This document shows positions 52,986 through 64,000 of a DNA stretch of 64,000 nucleotides, piece after piece. This stretch comes from Epithemia pelagica (taxonomy: Eukaryota > Protista > Bacillariophyta). A model generated the notes under the pieces. The model was not told the origin of the DNA. It did not search any database and worked only from the letters and a program-made list of their open reading frames with translations. The first letter of the stretch is position 1; every line of letters starts with the position of its first letter. The stretch is from NCBI GenBank assembly GCA_946965045.2, contig OX337230.1:1240001-1304000 (forward strand), read 5' to 3'. The translations under genes and the position numbers were made by a program.

Positions 52986-54953
52986 TTAACGTACCCAGAA
53001 GCGAGGTACCGTTTTCATGATTTGACGATTGATGGCAACACTAGCTTCGAATTGTTTCTCATCGGGACGAACAGGTAAGACGGGATGTGGCTGAAGAGGT
53101 TCCACCCCTTCGCGCTCCAAAAGCAAGTTGCCGGCCTGGAGACCCGAGACATAGGCTCGCTCTTGGCACAACCCCTTGGCACCGTGTTCACGCTTTCCCA
53201 TTCGGACCCAGTCACCAGCACAAACCAAGTTCGAAAGAGCCTCAGGAGCGCCTTCCAAAGAAGGGCGCTTTGTGAAGGTACCGGGCGCGAACCAAGATAC
53301 TGTACCGGGGTATCGTCCAACCCAAGAATCAACGACACGAGCATTGCCAAATTCACTAACAGCAGCCGGAAGAAGATCGTCCATGAGAGTGCTGACAATG
53401 TCATCATCGGACAAGGGCAACAATGCGCCGGCGTTGTAGAAATCACAAGCGACAACCGACCCCTGTGGCTCGTCTTGTCCCCATAACTCTTTTTCGTTGC
53501 CCTCTTGTAACTGATCCAACATGAAAAAGGTTCCTCCCGCGCCCCGCAATTCCGAAAAGCGCGAGAATACATTGGCCGGTGTCCGGGTCGGAACCGTGCG
53601 ATCCAACCACAGTCTCACCGAGATGACATCAATGCCTTTCAGCGAAGCAGCATTCGACATGGCAGGAATGCGAGCCAAGTCAGGGCTGGCACCCACCACA
53701 CCCTGCATACCACGGCAAGTCAAGGCCAATACAATGCCGTCAATATCTTCAATCGTTCCGGTTGTACCATCGAGACGAGTGAAATCTAGGGAATCGATCT
53801 TTTTCGGGATGTTTGTTTTGGTGCTTTCAATGGGTGCTGATCGAATCTGTCCAACACGGCAACCGCCCATGACAGTCAGATTGTACTTATCCACCAAGTT
53901 GGTTGCAAGTGGAGCAATCAAGGAATCAGACACGGTGCCGTTTCGAATCCATCGGACATCAAAGCTGTCAATGTGTGCCAAAGCGTAGTAGTAAAGCAAC
54001 TCCATTACCACCAATGCACTCAATTCTTCAGGAGGTTTGAAAAGTCCCACCAGTAGAGTGGGTTTGATGAAATCTTCTACCAGTCGAGGGGATAATCGGA
54101 AACGCAGAAAAAGCTCATGCGCCGTCATACGATCGTACTGTTCTTGAACCTTTTCGTCACCTCCCAAGCAATCCACAGTTGCTAACAAAAGACCAACCAT
54201 TGATGCCCGATCTGACAGAGGGATTCTTTCAAAAAGTGGGAAGGTTGCCAAAACTTGCCCGAGGGGTGAAGGCAAGGCAGGAATGGATTGCCCGGCCAGA
54301 TTCGACAGGAAGGGAATATTGGGCGGAAACTCAGGAAACTGAGCGTTGGAGAAAACTGGTGCGGTGGCTTCAAGTCCGTCAGGAGAATAAAATGAAGAGT
54401 TGGTGAAGTCCGTAAAAACGCTATCTTCTTCAAGTCCAAGCTCAGCACACAGAGCATTGATGTTGGGGTAGTCTTTCCAGAATCCTCGTGTTCCTGCTTC
54501 GACCGGTTTCCCAGTTTTCGACAGGTAAGGTTGACATCCAGTGGGATCGGGCAAAGCATCAATGATTGTAACGTCCGCATCAATGCCACTCTCACAAAGG
54601 GCCTTGGCAGCACCCCAACCACCCCATCCTGCACCAACCACAACAAATTTCTTTCTCTTCGTCCCTGTCTTTTCATCGGCACCTCCAACCGACAGATTTT
54701 GTTGCTCTGCCCACTTTACTGCCGCTGATGGTGTCTCGGTCTCGACATCTTCTGGTTCTTCTACATCTCCGTTGGTGGACCCCAAGACCTTGGATTCGTC
54801 GTCTTCCGCGCTCATCCATGTAACAGCGTGGCTCATCATACGATCTGCATTCCTTACGTTCACCGCAAAGGGTGTCGTCGTAAACGCTTTAGAAGTAAGC
54901 ACATTACAGGCAATGGCTGCAAGCGGAAACAAAGCTCTTTGCCGTCGACTCAT
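52986..54953 (-). CDS. Plastid-targeted FAD-dependent oxidoreductase (amine oxidase/carotenoid desaturase-like family)
   Basis: Signal peptide ending SKA-F, Rossmann VVVGAGWGGWGAAKAL, VEAGTRGFWKDYPN, LVCAGDWV...QERAYVSG. Confidence 0.85.
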   Translation of the reverse strand: MSRRQRALFPLAAIACNVLTSKAFTTTPFAVNVRNADRMMSHAVTWMSAEDDESKVLGSTNGDVEEPEDVETETPSAAVKWAEQQNLSVGGADEKTGTKRKKFVVVGAGWGGWGAAKALCESGIDADVTIIDALPDPTGCQPYLSKTGKPVEAGTRGFWKDYPNINALCAELGLEEDSVFTDFTNSSFYSPDGLEATAPVFSNAQFPEFPPNIPFLSNLAGQSIPALPSPLGQVLATFPLFERIPLSDRASMVGLLLATVDCLGGDEKVQEQYDRMTAHELFLRFRLSPRLVEDFIKPTLLVGLFKPPEELSALVVMELLYYYALAHIDSFDVRWIRNGTVSDSLIAPLATNLVDKYNLTVMGGCRVGQIRSAPIESTKTNIPKKIDSLDFTRLDGTTGTIEDIDGIVLALTCRGMQGVVGASPDLARIPAMSNAASLKGIDVISVRLWLDRTVPTRTPANVFSRFSELRGAGGTFFMLDQLQEGNEKELWGQDEPQGSVVACDFYNAGALLPLSDDDIVSTLMDDLLPAAVSEFGNARVVDSWVGRYPGTVSWFAPGTFTKRPSLEGAPEALSNLVCAGDWVRMGKREHGAKGLCQERAYVSGLQAGNLLLEREGVEPLQPHPVLPVRPDEKQFEASVAINRQIMKTVPRFWVR

Positions 54954-56181
54954 TGTGGTTCCTCCTCAAATGACATACTATGTGAAAGAAGGGCACCATC
55001 CTCACAAATTGAAGTAGCGAACGATGAACGATGCACGATGCCATCATACACCGCGATGATGCAATAGCGCGAATGATGCGTAAGAGCAGTTAAGTCAGTC
55101 GCATATCAGGTCTGACTCACCAGAACCTCCACTCTACTATTGTACTAACTGTAGTCACTGTCGTGAACGACCAACTCATCGACGTGGAGTCAGTAGTCAG
55201 TACAACTAGTAAGTATAACGAGTACAGACGAGTAAAAAGTCAGTTGAATACATTTACTATCAATCAAGCTGTATCCACAGACAACCGACACATTACGTTA
55301 ACTGGGCACGGGCTCACGTTTCGGATTTTGGGGGGAGATCTGGGGGAAGGGTTCTTCAGGTCGCAGGACTGGAAAATTTTTGAATAATTTTTGAAAATTG
55401 CGAATAACAGCCAGAGAAAAGAGGCCAAAGTACTCCCTCCATCGGTCTTATTTCTATGATTGTTGTATCTTATTATCATAAGAAAATGAAAGAAGATCTA
55501 GAGAGTACGAATCGTAGGAAGAAACAAGACACGAATAGACAAGTGATCGGACAAATCAGATTGTAGGAAGGATAATGATTGGACATGATGATGCTTGAGT
55601 TTCCATAATTGGACTTGATAGTATATCTACTTATACTCTGTTAAATACAAGTACGAGCTCGTAGTCAGTTCCGTGGCATTTGACAACGTAGAACTTTGGG
55701 GTAGATGGTAGGAGGTAGGAGTAGCTAAGGTTAGTACGAGTAAGAAAGAACTCATGACTCAAAGAGTTGTGCGTTGTGTGTTGTCTTGTTGGTTGCAGTT
55801 TTGCACCAGCTTGTCGCGTCCCTCGTCCCTCGTCAAAATTCCACGTCCAAAGAAAGTCAATCGCCAGAGAGTACTATTCAAAATAGAGGCACCTCTTCTC
55901 TAGCCAGCTAGGTAGAATAGATTGATCAGAGTCTATTGACTTAGACATAGATTTGATCTCTGTTTGACGGTCTGTACAGCTAGTATGATTAGTAATGCTT
56001 ACTCTTATTGAATTTCTTATGCTAATAGTTTAGAGCTAGCCACACGGTTTGGTAGCAACAAGCAACACCCCATCCGTCTGTCGTCTTTCAAGTCGTGTCT
56101 ACGGGCCACAAAATGTCAAAAAGACGCGATAATTATGGCGAAAAGTACTAAAATGGACTAAACGCCTAAAATGGGAAATAA

Positions 56182-57129
56182 TAGAGGTGGCTCCAGCAAC
56201 AGCTCATCTCTGCTGGAGCTAGGTAAGCGCTGGAGACGTCTCTGCTGGAGCTAGGTGAGCGCCTCCAGCTGGAGAATAGACTACCCATGCTACCAGAATG
56301 AAAATGCTTAGCTAGAAGCTACTCCTAGTGTATCTATCTTATGGTGAGAACACATGTTCCCAATTCTCACGTAAAAAATGTAAATCTGTAACGGTGGAAG
56401 GGTCCAGTGATGCTTGTTTCGCAGGTATGATCAGTCCTGCAATACTGAATGCCCGTTCAGAAGAGGCAGCAGTCGCAGGCAACGCAAATTTTCTTGCTAG
56501 GCGCCAAATGTTGGGAAATTCACTTACTTTCATCTTCCACCATGACGCCAAAGGATCCGTGAATCTTGTTGTATCATTGACTTTATATGACAACTTGAGT
56601 CCCTTGGATCTACGAAACCTATCCATTTCAAGATGGCAGATGGTTTGAAATGGAACATGACCCGCATAGCTCGTCATTTCTTCTCCGTCACTGTCTTCAT
56701 TTTCCAGGATATTTCCTAGTGTGTCACTAACTTCAATTTCAGTCTCAGCTTTTTATACTTTTGGGTTACATCAATATCCTCTCCTCCGTATGATACAATG
56801 ATGGGTGGCCTGTTGTATCCATCCGAGAGAACCTTCTTTTTCTGCGTGGCCTTCGAAGTGCCATCCATATCAAGCTCTTCCACCTTTGATGAGTCATCAT
56901 CATCATTGTAATCAGACATTGTGGAAGGCAGTGTGGAGCAAATGAATGACACAGGGTCAGCAATGACCAGAGCGGAGCAAATGAATGACATGCAACCGGC
57001 AACAGTCACAGCGAACGGCGACCAATGTAGCGCTCTTTTCTCGCAACAGAAAATCTCTGCTGGAGTTTCTCCAGCGCTGGAGCTCCAGCGCTGGAGCTGC
57101 GCGTCCGCTTACCGCTGGAGCCACCTCTA
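56182..57129. mobile_element. Non-autonomous hAT DNA transposon (948 bp) with 16-bp TIRs and 8-bp TSD
   Basis: TIR TAGAGGTGGCTCCAGC (56182-56197) with a perfect reverse complement at 57114-57129. Flanking direct repeat GGAAATAA (56174-56181, 57130-57137). Many subterminal GCTGGAG/CTCCAGC motifs. Confidence 0.95.
56339..56677 (-). pseudogene. hAT transposase C-terminal dimerisation domain remnant
   Basis: DPLASWWK...FPNIWRLARKF.ALPATAASSERAFSIAG...LDPSTVTDLHFLREN. Confidence 0.9.
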
Positions 57130-58088
57130 GGAAATAAAAAAGACTCCATTGAAAAATGTGGTGTGCGCCGAAGGGCTATTGCAACACGACCGTAGTGCTA
57201 AAAGTTACTATACAATCGGGTCCCTTCAAACAAAAGAAAGCATTCTTCCCACTATGGGGTAAACAGTACAACCTCACCGAAGTTTTGCACTGCCGTTACG
57301 AACTGTTTGGGCGGTGTTGGAGTTGGTGGTGCAGCGCGCAGCAAACCAGCAGCACCGCCAAAAATCTATCAAAACACACCGATGGTGGAGGCAGGTGCCC
57401 CACAACAATCACAGTGAGAAGAGGCATCAAAGTGATCATCTCACACAAGACTTGGAAGCCCTCACGCCACCATGACGGCGAACGAGCCGGCAACGATCAC
57501 TTGGACCAGTGATCGAGAGAGGTGAGAATCCTTAAAGATGAAGAGCTTGTCTGTTGCTGAGATCACGGTTGCTGTGTGGTTCGTGTGTTCTGCGAGTGCT
57601 TCTATGGTGTCCATGTGCTGCGTAAATCACGGTCAAATTCTACGCGTCTGTAACCTCCCGGCCCCACAGAAGCGGCTTGTTTTGTGTTGTTCACGGCATA
57701 CGGACAAAAAAGATGAAATCCTTTCCATGAAGTCATTCGGAATCATGTTTCGATTTTTTTCTGAATTTGCCCCATCATTCGTCCCATGGTGGGCGTTGAA
57801 AGATTGCTTGTCCTTGCACGGACTTGGAAGTTGGACGTTGCTACTTATTTGGTCGTGGGATATACTATTCAATTCTGTCTACAATACCTATATACTTCGG
57901 TCGGATGTCGTCCATGTCAACACTGTATGATTTTACAGTACCTGCGACATTGTCGTATCTCTAATTGTTTGTTGTGGCTATTGTATTCTGTTGTCTCTTG
58001 CAATTCTTGTTCTTCTCTTCTTCGGTTGTGCTTCATTCTGACAATGGTGCTTGATGTTTGCGATTTGATTCTTAGTCCTGGCCAAAGA

Positions 58089-60440
58089 ATGGACACAAAG
58101 TCATTAGAAATTGGAGTGGCAGGAATGTCTTTGGTATCTGGTCTTCATGACAGCGGACCGAGTCGAAAAGAAACCGGATCGACTTGTTTATCATCGACTC
58201 CTCCGGATGATGATAGACACCGAGATCCCCGGAACAGCATAAGAAACAACACATCAAGCGCTTCCGATCCACCATCGCCTAGTAGCAACAGCGACAAAAA
58301 TTCAGCGCTCAACCGATCTTTGGGCTCTCGTCCTCCTGGCCTGGGTGGACATGTGCCATCACCCATTGGAAAGCCAGGGCACGCGAAAACCAACTCCAAT
58401 ACTACCGCAGCTACATCACCTCTTTTAACGCTCACTCCGAACTCGTCGGTGGATGGAAATTCGGAATGGCCGGTGCGACAACCATCACCGGAAGAAGCAC
58501 CAACAATCCCCTTTCTGTCCAGTGATCACAGACGGCTATCCGGTGAACATGTGGGAGATACGGGAAGTATGGGGAGTTTTGAGCCCCATGAGCAGGATAA
58601 CGATGGGCTATTAGGACTAGGTGCGCTTCGCGAAAGGACCCAGTCGAGTGGGAGCAATGGAAGCGGTCGTTATTCCCCATCTACAGCTGTTGCACGTGGA
58701 CATTTACCGGCTCACGATGGTGACCGGAGAAGGGAGCGACCACCGCTTTCTCAGCACTATAGTGAGGGTGGTGGAATGAATCAAGGTGGTGTTGAGCGCG
58801 GTGTTGCTGAAAGAACAACATCCACTGGCAGTGCATCGCTACAGTTTCAACAAAATTCTGGCTTTGAATCAGGCGATCCTCGCGGTTTTGGTGCAATTGC
58901 ACGCCCGGAACTTCCTTCCCTACATTCAGCTGGGAACATGGAGGGTTTTATGATTCACCCAAATGGAAATGCGGTTTTTGATCAACAAGGCCATATGTCG
59001 CAAAAGTATGGGCCCATTTCATCGGTTTCGTCGCATGGTCAGCCTCAACAACAACAACAACGCGGATTTCTAGCTATGGACCTTTCAAAAGCTCGGCAAG
59101 GACGAAGTGTTCCTCAGCATGTTCACAATCCAGCCGGTGGCTCGCAAATGGACCCTCGAGTGTACAATCAACAGCAGTTTTCCGCAATGGCACAGCGGGC
59201 AAGTGTCTCGGCGCACCATGGGGTTCCAGGCTCGTTTGAGACTCCAGCAGGACAATATGCATCGCAGAAGCGTAATTCGTTGCCCAATTTTCCTTCGAAT
59301 GCTCCGGTATATGGTCAAATGCAACAACATCCTGGATTGGAACGTAGGGATGCCCTGGACTTCGCTGGTGTTCCACATGGAGGACTATCGGATGAGATGC
59401 GACTAATGGGAAATCCCGCGATGGTGTCCCCAAGCCACAGTCCACATCAAATTCACTATGCTCGTCACCAGAGCGAGAGTTCGGCAGTGATGATGTCTTC
59501 ACAAATGTCAATGGCAAACGCTATGGTTCGGAATCAAAGCGTTCCATTGTCGGTGTCGAGGCAAGCTTCAATGGGAGCAGACGAAGATCTGCATCACCCG
59601 TTGATTGGAGAAAGTATTGATGTACCCGCCGATCCCTATTCGGATTCCCAGTACATGCTATCTCAAAGTGCTGGCTCTGTACCCACGAACATGGGGCGAC
59701 CCAGTAGTCACGGGCATGGGCATTCTCTGTCCTTGGGAGAAATCCCTAATCACTACATGGATGCATCAAGTCATCATTTGCCAACTGCGGGGGCTGCTTT
59801 ACCTCTCCCGAAGGTGGTTTACAGTGTCAAATTCAAGCGGACACAGAGGAATTTTGTCCTCGGCCCCCGCATAACGAGAGATTTGAAGATCGGGACGTAT
59901 GTTAAAGTAGAGGCGGACCGTGGAGAGGATCTTGGTATCGTTGTTGGTAAGGTTCCTGCGGACAAGTTCAATTTTGCAAGCCGAACCCAGTACACTGCTG
60001 GAATGGGTCCTCCTGGCGGCATGGGTGGAAGCAGTGCCGCTGACCTGAAGCGTATCATTCGATTAGCGACACATGACGAAGTGTCCCTGCTTGGTATCAA
60101 GCGAGAAGAAGAAGACGAGCTCCTGAAGATCTGTCGAGGGAAAGTCCGCCTACGTGGACTCCCCATGAACGTCGTAGACGCTGAGTACCAGTTTGACAGA
60201 CACAAGTTGACATTCTTTTTTGAAGCAGAAGGTCGAGTTGATTTCAGGGAGCTCGTGCGAGATTTGTTCAGTATGTACAAGACTAGAATCTGGATGCAGC
60301 AGTTGGACAAAAATACAGCCACCCGCGCGCCAGCTATTATTGCTCCGCAGGCAAATTTGCAGATGGATTACGGAACGCCCATCATTGCGCCTGCTAGCGA
60401 GTTTGCTGACTCGTTGCCGTTGAATGGTATCGGGTGCTAA
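58089..60440 (+). CDS. PSP1 C-terminal domain protein with long disordered N-terminus
   Basis: VKFKR, VKVEADRGEDLG, IIRLAT, MNVVDAEYQFDRHKLTFFFEAEGRVDFRELVRDLFSMYKTRIWMQQ. Start codon uncertain (58043 or 58089). Confidence 0.9.
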   Translation: MDTKSLEIGVAGMSLVSGLHDSGPSRKETGSTCLSSTPPDDDRHRDPRNSIRNNTSSASDPPSPSSNSDKNSALNRSLGSRPPGLGGHVPSPIGKPGHAKTNSNTTAATSPLLTLTPNSSVDGNSEWPVRQPSPEEAPTIPFLSSDHRRLSGEHVGDTGSMGSFEPHEQDNDGLLGLGALRERTQSSGSNGSGRYSPSTAVARGHLPAHDGDRRRERPPLSQHYSEGGGMNQGGVERGVAERTTSTGSASLQFQQNSGFESGDPRGFGAIARPELPSLHSAGNMEGFMIHPNGNAVFDQQGHMSQKYGPISSVSSHGQPQQQQQRGFLAMDLSKARQGRSVPQHVHNPAGGSQMDPRVYNQQQFSAMAQRASVSAHHGVPGSFETPAGQYASQKRNSLPNFPSNAPVYGQMQQHPGLERRDALDFAGVPHGGLSDEMRLMGNPAMVSPSHSPHQIHYARHQSESSAVMMSSQMSMANAMVRNQSVPLSVSRQASMGADEDLHHPLIGESIDVPADPYSDSQYMLSQSAGSVPTNMGRPSSHGHGHSLSLGEIPNHYMDASSHHLPTAGAALPLPKVVYSVKFKRTQRNFVLGPRITRDLKIGTYVKVEADRGEDLGIVVGKVPADKFNFASRTQYTAGMGPPGGMGGSSAADLKRIIRLATHDEVSLLGIKREEEDELLKICRGKVRLRGLPMNVVDAEYQFDRHKLTFFFEAEGRVDFRELVRDLFSMYKTRIWMQQLDKNTATRAPAIIAPQANLQMDYGTPIIAPASEFADSLPLNGIGC

Positions 60441-60913
60441 ACCGCATTGAGAACAGAATTGAGACATTATGTCAAGAAGATTTGAATAGAGAAGATTACA
60501 ACTTTTTCAAGAGCACACAAGAAAATTTTCTTGTGTGCAATGTGCAGATAAATCATCATGGGGAAAGAATTGGTCGTGAAGAGGAGAGGTTATTTCGTAA
60601 GGTGGCGGCGCTGCACAATTTGCTATTGCTAGCAGCGACCGGGCAAACGTACACACCTCATTCTTCGTTTTGTGTAAGTTTAAAAGAGTCAGGCACCAAC
60701 ACATCTACAGCACTCGGGCATTGGCTCAGTACAAGCATATCGCGAAACAGTAAACTATATAAAGAACGTAGTAGAATTTATGTCGGACTTATACCTGCTG
60801 GAGGAGGTCATTCGAAGCAAGACGAGATTAAGTGACAAGTATAGAACATTTTAGGTTTAAAAAGAGTAACAACAAAATCCGTAAGGTACTTTCTACGAAA
60901 CCTAATTGCATCG

Positions 60914-61879
60914 TCAAAGCGATGGAACAGTTTTTTCGAGCCAATCGAGAACTGCCTGAATCACAAGTTGGATGACCTCCGGTTTGTCTTGCAAAAGCTG
61001 ATGGCCGTAAGTTTCAATCGGTACCAGTGTTGCATATTGCGGGCCAATCTTGTCGACAAATTCTTGCATGGCATCAAAGGATGTTCGACAATCGTGTCGC
61101 CCATGAACTGCCAAGAGAGGGACACTCCATTCGCCTGTGCGACCACGAATGACCTTCCCCGATGCCAAGGTTGCGGCCACACCCCCAATGGTGGGTCGAA
61201 TACTGGTGGAGATTTTGGCATCGGCACGGGCGGTGCGAGCCCATTCCTTGTCACCAAAGGCATTGTCAAAGGTAGAATCAAAGTCCGTGGCTGGCATGAT
61301 CCAACGGGGGTAATACTGTGCCATGAAGCACAAGAGTTGCACCACAGGTTGCGGTGGAAGAAACTCTGGCTTGACCTTGAGGAGTCCACCCAAGGATATG
61401 CAAGCGTCAACTTTGCAACCATAGCTCGACTGGTCCAAGGCGGTTTCAAAGACTTGAAGGGCTCCGAAGGACTCACCCAAGAGAATCACGGGGAGCGTTT
61501 TGGATTCAGCCTCATTTTGCATCCATTGAATTGCGGAAGCAACGTCTTCGACAAACCAATCAAAGGATCGGACATGCGATACTCCTGGGGAAGGAGTATC
61601 AGGGTCATCTTCACTGTATCCACACTTCACCTGATCGTAACCGACACAAAAGATGGATCCTTTGCTTGTCAAGGCACTTGCAATTTCCTCAAAGTATCCA
61701 GAATGCCAACCACCTCCGTGTACATAGAGCAACAAGGCCCTCGGATTGTGACAGGGCCAGACACGAGTTGCCAATCGGGCCCCTCGAGGACTGAAAAGCG
61801 CTGGTCCAGTCGGTGAAGCTGGAGGCAAAGGGATTTGGTGCGCCAATTTCATTCTATACCACCATTGAACTATGAACAA
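60914..61879 (-). CDS. Alpha/beta hydrolase (monoacylglycerol lipase/lysophospholipase-like)
   Basis: LLYVHGGGWHSGYF, nucleophile elbow GESFG, LAVHGRHD, GHQLL. Confidence 0.9.
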   Translation of the reverse strand: MFIVQWWYRMKLAHQIPLPPASPTGPALFSPRGARLATRVWPCHNPRALLLYVHGGGWHSGYFEEIASALTSKGSIFCVGYDQVKCGYSEDDPDTPSPGVSHVRSFDWFVEDVASAIQWMQNEAESKTLPVILLGESFGALQVFETALDQSSYGCKVDACISLGGLLKVKPEFLPPQPVVQLLCFMAQYYPRWIMPATDFDSTFDNAFGDKEWARTARADAKISTSIRPTIGGVAATLASGKVIRGRTGEWSVPLLAVHGRHDCRTSFDAMQEFVDKIGPQYATLVPIETYGHQLLQDKPEVIQLVIQAVLDWLEKTVPSL

Positions 61880-62382
61880 CTCCTCTTCTCCAAACCAATA
61901 TTGGTTCGTTGTCCAAAGGACGTGGCAGTATCTTGCCTAGATGCGACCGATGAATGAAGCCGTTCTTCTTGTTCCGAGTTGTTCTCGTGCATTCTCAACC
62001 TCAGTCTCAGGGCAAGTCATCTTCATCATACGGATATCTTCAACAAGAACGGATGATCTGGACCGAAGTAATCCATTTTCAATACCATTGACAAGGGAAA
62101 TGGCACCTAAGCGGATACCCAACCATACCCATTGTGTCAAGACGCAACGTCATCGTGGATTCATTTCAATTCCAAATTCCAATGTGGATGCAGAAAAAAA
62201 TCCTTCCCAACTTTTTCAGTCGCAGATAATCGAAACACGTCTCGCTCTCGCATCGATCGCAGTCGCGCACGGGTTTGCCTTGAATGACTGTCATTCTTGG
62301 CGCGAATGAAACCAATGTGCCGATCCTGGAATAAGGAATGACAAAAAGAGAAGACAAGAACTAAGAAGAAGAAAACATTGCC

Positions 62383-63486
62383 ATGAAGAAATCGTCACCC
62401 TTGACTGTATTTGTGGTTCGTCATGGCGAGCGCCTCGACTTGGCCATGAAGAAGCGTGGCGAACGAGTGCCGTCCGAGCTCAAGTTGGACCCTCCCCTCA
62501 CGTCGCATGGACATGAGCAAGCACACGAGGCCTTTTCGAAATTGGCTCAGGGTCTGGAACAAGATGGAACCAAGCGAAAGATTGCAGTTTTTTCGTCTCC
62601 AACAAAACGTGCCATCGGAACCTCTCTCATGCTGACGACATCGGGTATGAACAGGATACCGTTCATTGACTGGGGTTTCCAGCGATCAGTGAGTGCCACC
62701 CACAAGGAGGACGATTCCAGCAACAACAAGAAAACACTCCACGATTCAACAATACCAATAACGGTTTTGAATGGACTCGGATCTTGCGCAGCTCGAATTG
62801 CCCATCATGGAGGCGCCGAAGCTTGTGTGAAAGAAGGATGGTTGCCTTGCGCCGATTTTTCCGACAATGATGGATCGGACAACTGTCCAGCTGCAGAGGA
62901 GCTACGAAAGATGCAAGCAATCAGTCCGGATGGTCTTGGCTCAGACAATAAGGATGTTGCTCAATACTGGAAACTTGACCAACAAAATCAGACGTTGATT
63001 CCACTCGCCCCTCCCGTTTCTCCCCTTGTCGATACACTTGAGCATCCGGTTCGGTCGATAGGATACCACGAGGTTCCTGACCATTGCCTTCCACAAACGA
63101 AGAATGAATATTTTTGGCAAGCTCTTGATCGCGCCGTTCTCTTGGCAGAAGCAGATGGTTGCGATACGTTGATTGTCGTGGCCCACCGAGAAGCCGTCAG
63201 AGAGATGTTGGCACGATGGAAGACCAACGGGTATCGAGATCCTGATCGACTCAATTACTGCTGTATTGCAAGCTTTGTTGCACAAACATATGACAATCAC
63301 TCTTGTCGATGGTGCTACCATGGCGTGGTGGACTACCAAAACTTTACTATTGACAATGTCCCTTCCAAAGAGAGATGGAAACAGAAACAGGCAAGAAAGA
63401 AGGGTATGGATAACGGGGAAAGTGGACAAGTCCAGTTAGCACGGATCACATGTTCGAAGGACGTAGAGAGAGATATAGAAGTATAG
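62383..63486 (+). CDS. Histidine phosphatase (phosphoglycerate mutase-like) protein
   Basis: VFVVRHGER, PLTSHG, VFSSPTKRAIGT, IVVAHRE. Confidence 0.9.
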   Translation: MKKSSPLTVFVVRHGERLDLAMKKRGERVPSELKLDPPLTSHGHEQAHEAFSKLAQGLEQDGTKRKIAVFSSPTKRAIGTSLMLTTSGMNRIPFIDWGFQRSVSATHKEDDSSNNKKTLHDSTIPITVLNGLGSCAARIAHHGGAEACVKEGWLPCADFSDNDGSDNCPAAEELRKMQAISPDGLGSDNKDVAQYWKLDQQNQTLIPLAPPVSPLVDTLEHPVRSIGYHEVPDHCLPQTKNEYFWQALDRAVLLAEADGCDTLIVVAHREAVREMLARWKTNGYRDPDRLNYCCIASFVAQTYDNHSCRWCYHGVVDYQNFTIDNVPSKERWKQKQARKKGMDNGESGQVQLARITCSKDVERDIEV

Positions 63487-63652
63487 AAGGCTTAAAGACT
63501 CAACGTATCGTCTGGTCTCGACTGTGCCCGATTGAATAGCGTCAATGATATGACAAATGAACACGGGAGAATGTACAAACAACATCATATAGAAACATTT
63601 TGGGCAGCTGCGTTATGATGAAAGATAGTAATGAGGCTACCTAGATACCTTC

Positions 63653-64000
63653 CTATGCTTTCTTCTTCTTTTTCTTCTTTTCTTCCTTCTTTGCTTTCTT
63701 TGGAGGCGACTCTTCTTCTGGTGGGGAAGCATCTTCTGACTTGCGTTTTGCTTTCTTTTCCTTCTTCTCTTTCTTGCCTTTTTTCTTCTTTTCCTTCTTC
63801 CCATCGTCATCAACATCCTCCATTTCAACGTCGTCGTCGTCCTTTTGTTTGGATGCAGCAGGCTTCTTGTCTTCATCCTCGTCGTCATCTTTCCCGGCTT
63901 TCAATTGTCGACTGATCTCTTCCATCACATCAATGTTTCTTCGAGGTGAAGCCCCGGTTTCATAAAACTTTAATCGTTCTTCGACTTGGTCACGCAACTT
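63653..64000 (-). CDS. NOP56: Nucleolar protein 56 C-terminus (5'-partial)
   Basis: RDQVEERLKFYETGASPRRNIDVMEE followed by a K/E-rich KKEKK tail. Confidence 0.88.
   Translation of the reverse strand, partial: KLRDQVEERLKFYETGASPRRNIDVMEEISRQLKAGKDDDEDEDKKPAASKQKDDDDVEMEDVDDDGKKEKKKKGKKEKKEKKAKRKSEDASPPEEESPPKKAKKEEKKKKKKKA

Noticed and set aside
55050-56170. AT-richer non-coding stretch that looks like a solo LTR or transposon end (e.g. gggcacgggctcacgtttcgg at ~55304)
   Set aside because: I could not find a matching second terminus, TSD, PBS or coding remnant.
57156-57930. Several ORFs upstream of the PSP1-C gene, and the 57786 start of that ORF
   Set aside because: No motifs; the extension upstream of ~58043 reads like T-rich UTR or intron sequence.
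1-64000. rRNA, tRNA or snoRNA genes
   Set aside because: No cloverleaf, rRNA-like or box C/D-H/ACA pattern recognised by eye; tRNAscan-SE/Infernal would be needed to exclude them.

Overview
Eukaryotic window of about 50% GC, most likely from a pennate diatom. This is inferred from bipartite plastid-targeting N-termini, short GT-AG introns and trinucleotide-rich coding sequence. Five zones: (1) 1-2.6 kb holds a type II membrane PT-rich gene running off the window and the F-actin capping protein beta gene. (2) 2.7-15.3 kb is a decaying accessory island with Crinkler(CRN)-like header/nuclease/kinase pieces, a Plavaka-like transposase remnant, photolyase and renalase-like pseudogenes, and two broken copies of a small multicopy gene family. 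(3) 15.6-27.6 kb holds two large type II membrane proteins with integrin-alpha-like FG-GAP propellers on Pro/Thr stalks, an unknown membrane protein and a plastid protein resembling an FtsH lumenal domain. (4) 27.8-38.7 kb is a rearranged locus with a 3344-bp tandem array (one intact and two frameshifted RGP1-like genes alternating with copies of the small family), flanked by fragments copied from neighbouring genes. (5) 39.8-64 kb holds ordinary genes (methyltransferase, macrodomain, OB-fold protein, RFC1, USP, FAD oxidoreductase, PSP1-C protein, lipase, histidine phosphatase, NOP56) and a complete non-autonomous hAT element with 16-bp TIRs and an 8-bp TSD. The most unusual signal is the five-copy family of small, apparently mitochondria-targeted coiled-coil/TM proteins. 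It grows by 21-nt heptad duplications, and three of its four distinct versions carry independent foldback inversions (hairpins) at different positions. All family names come from motif recognition by eye; no database search was run.
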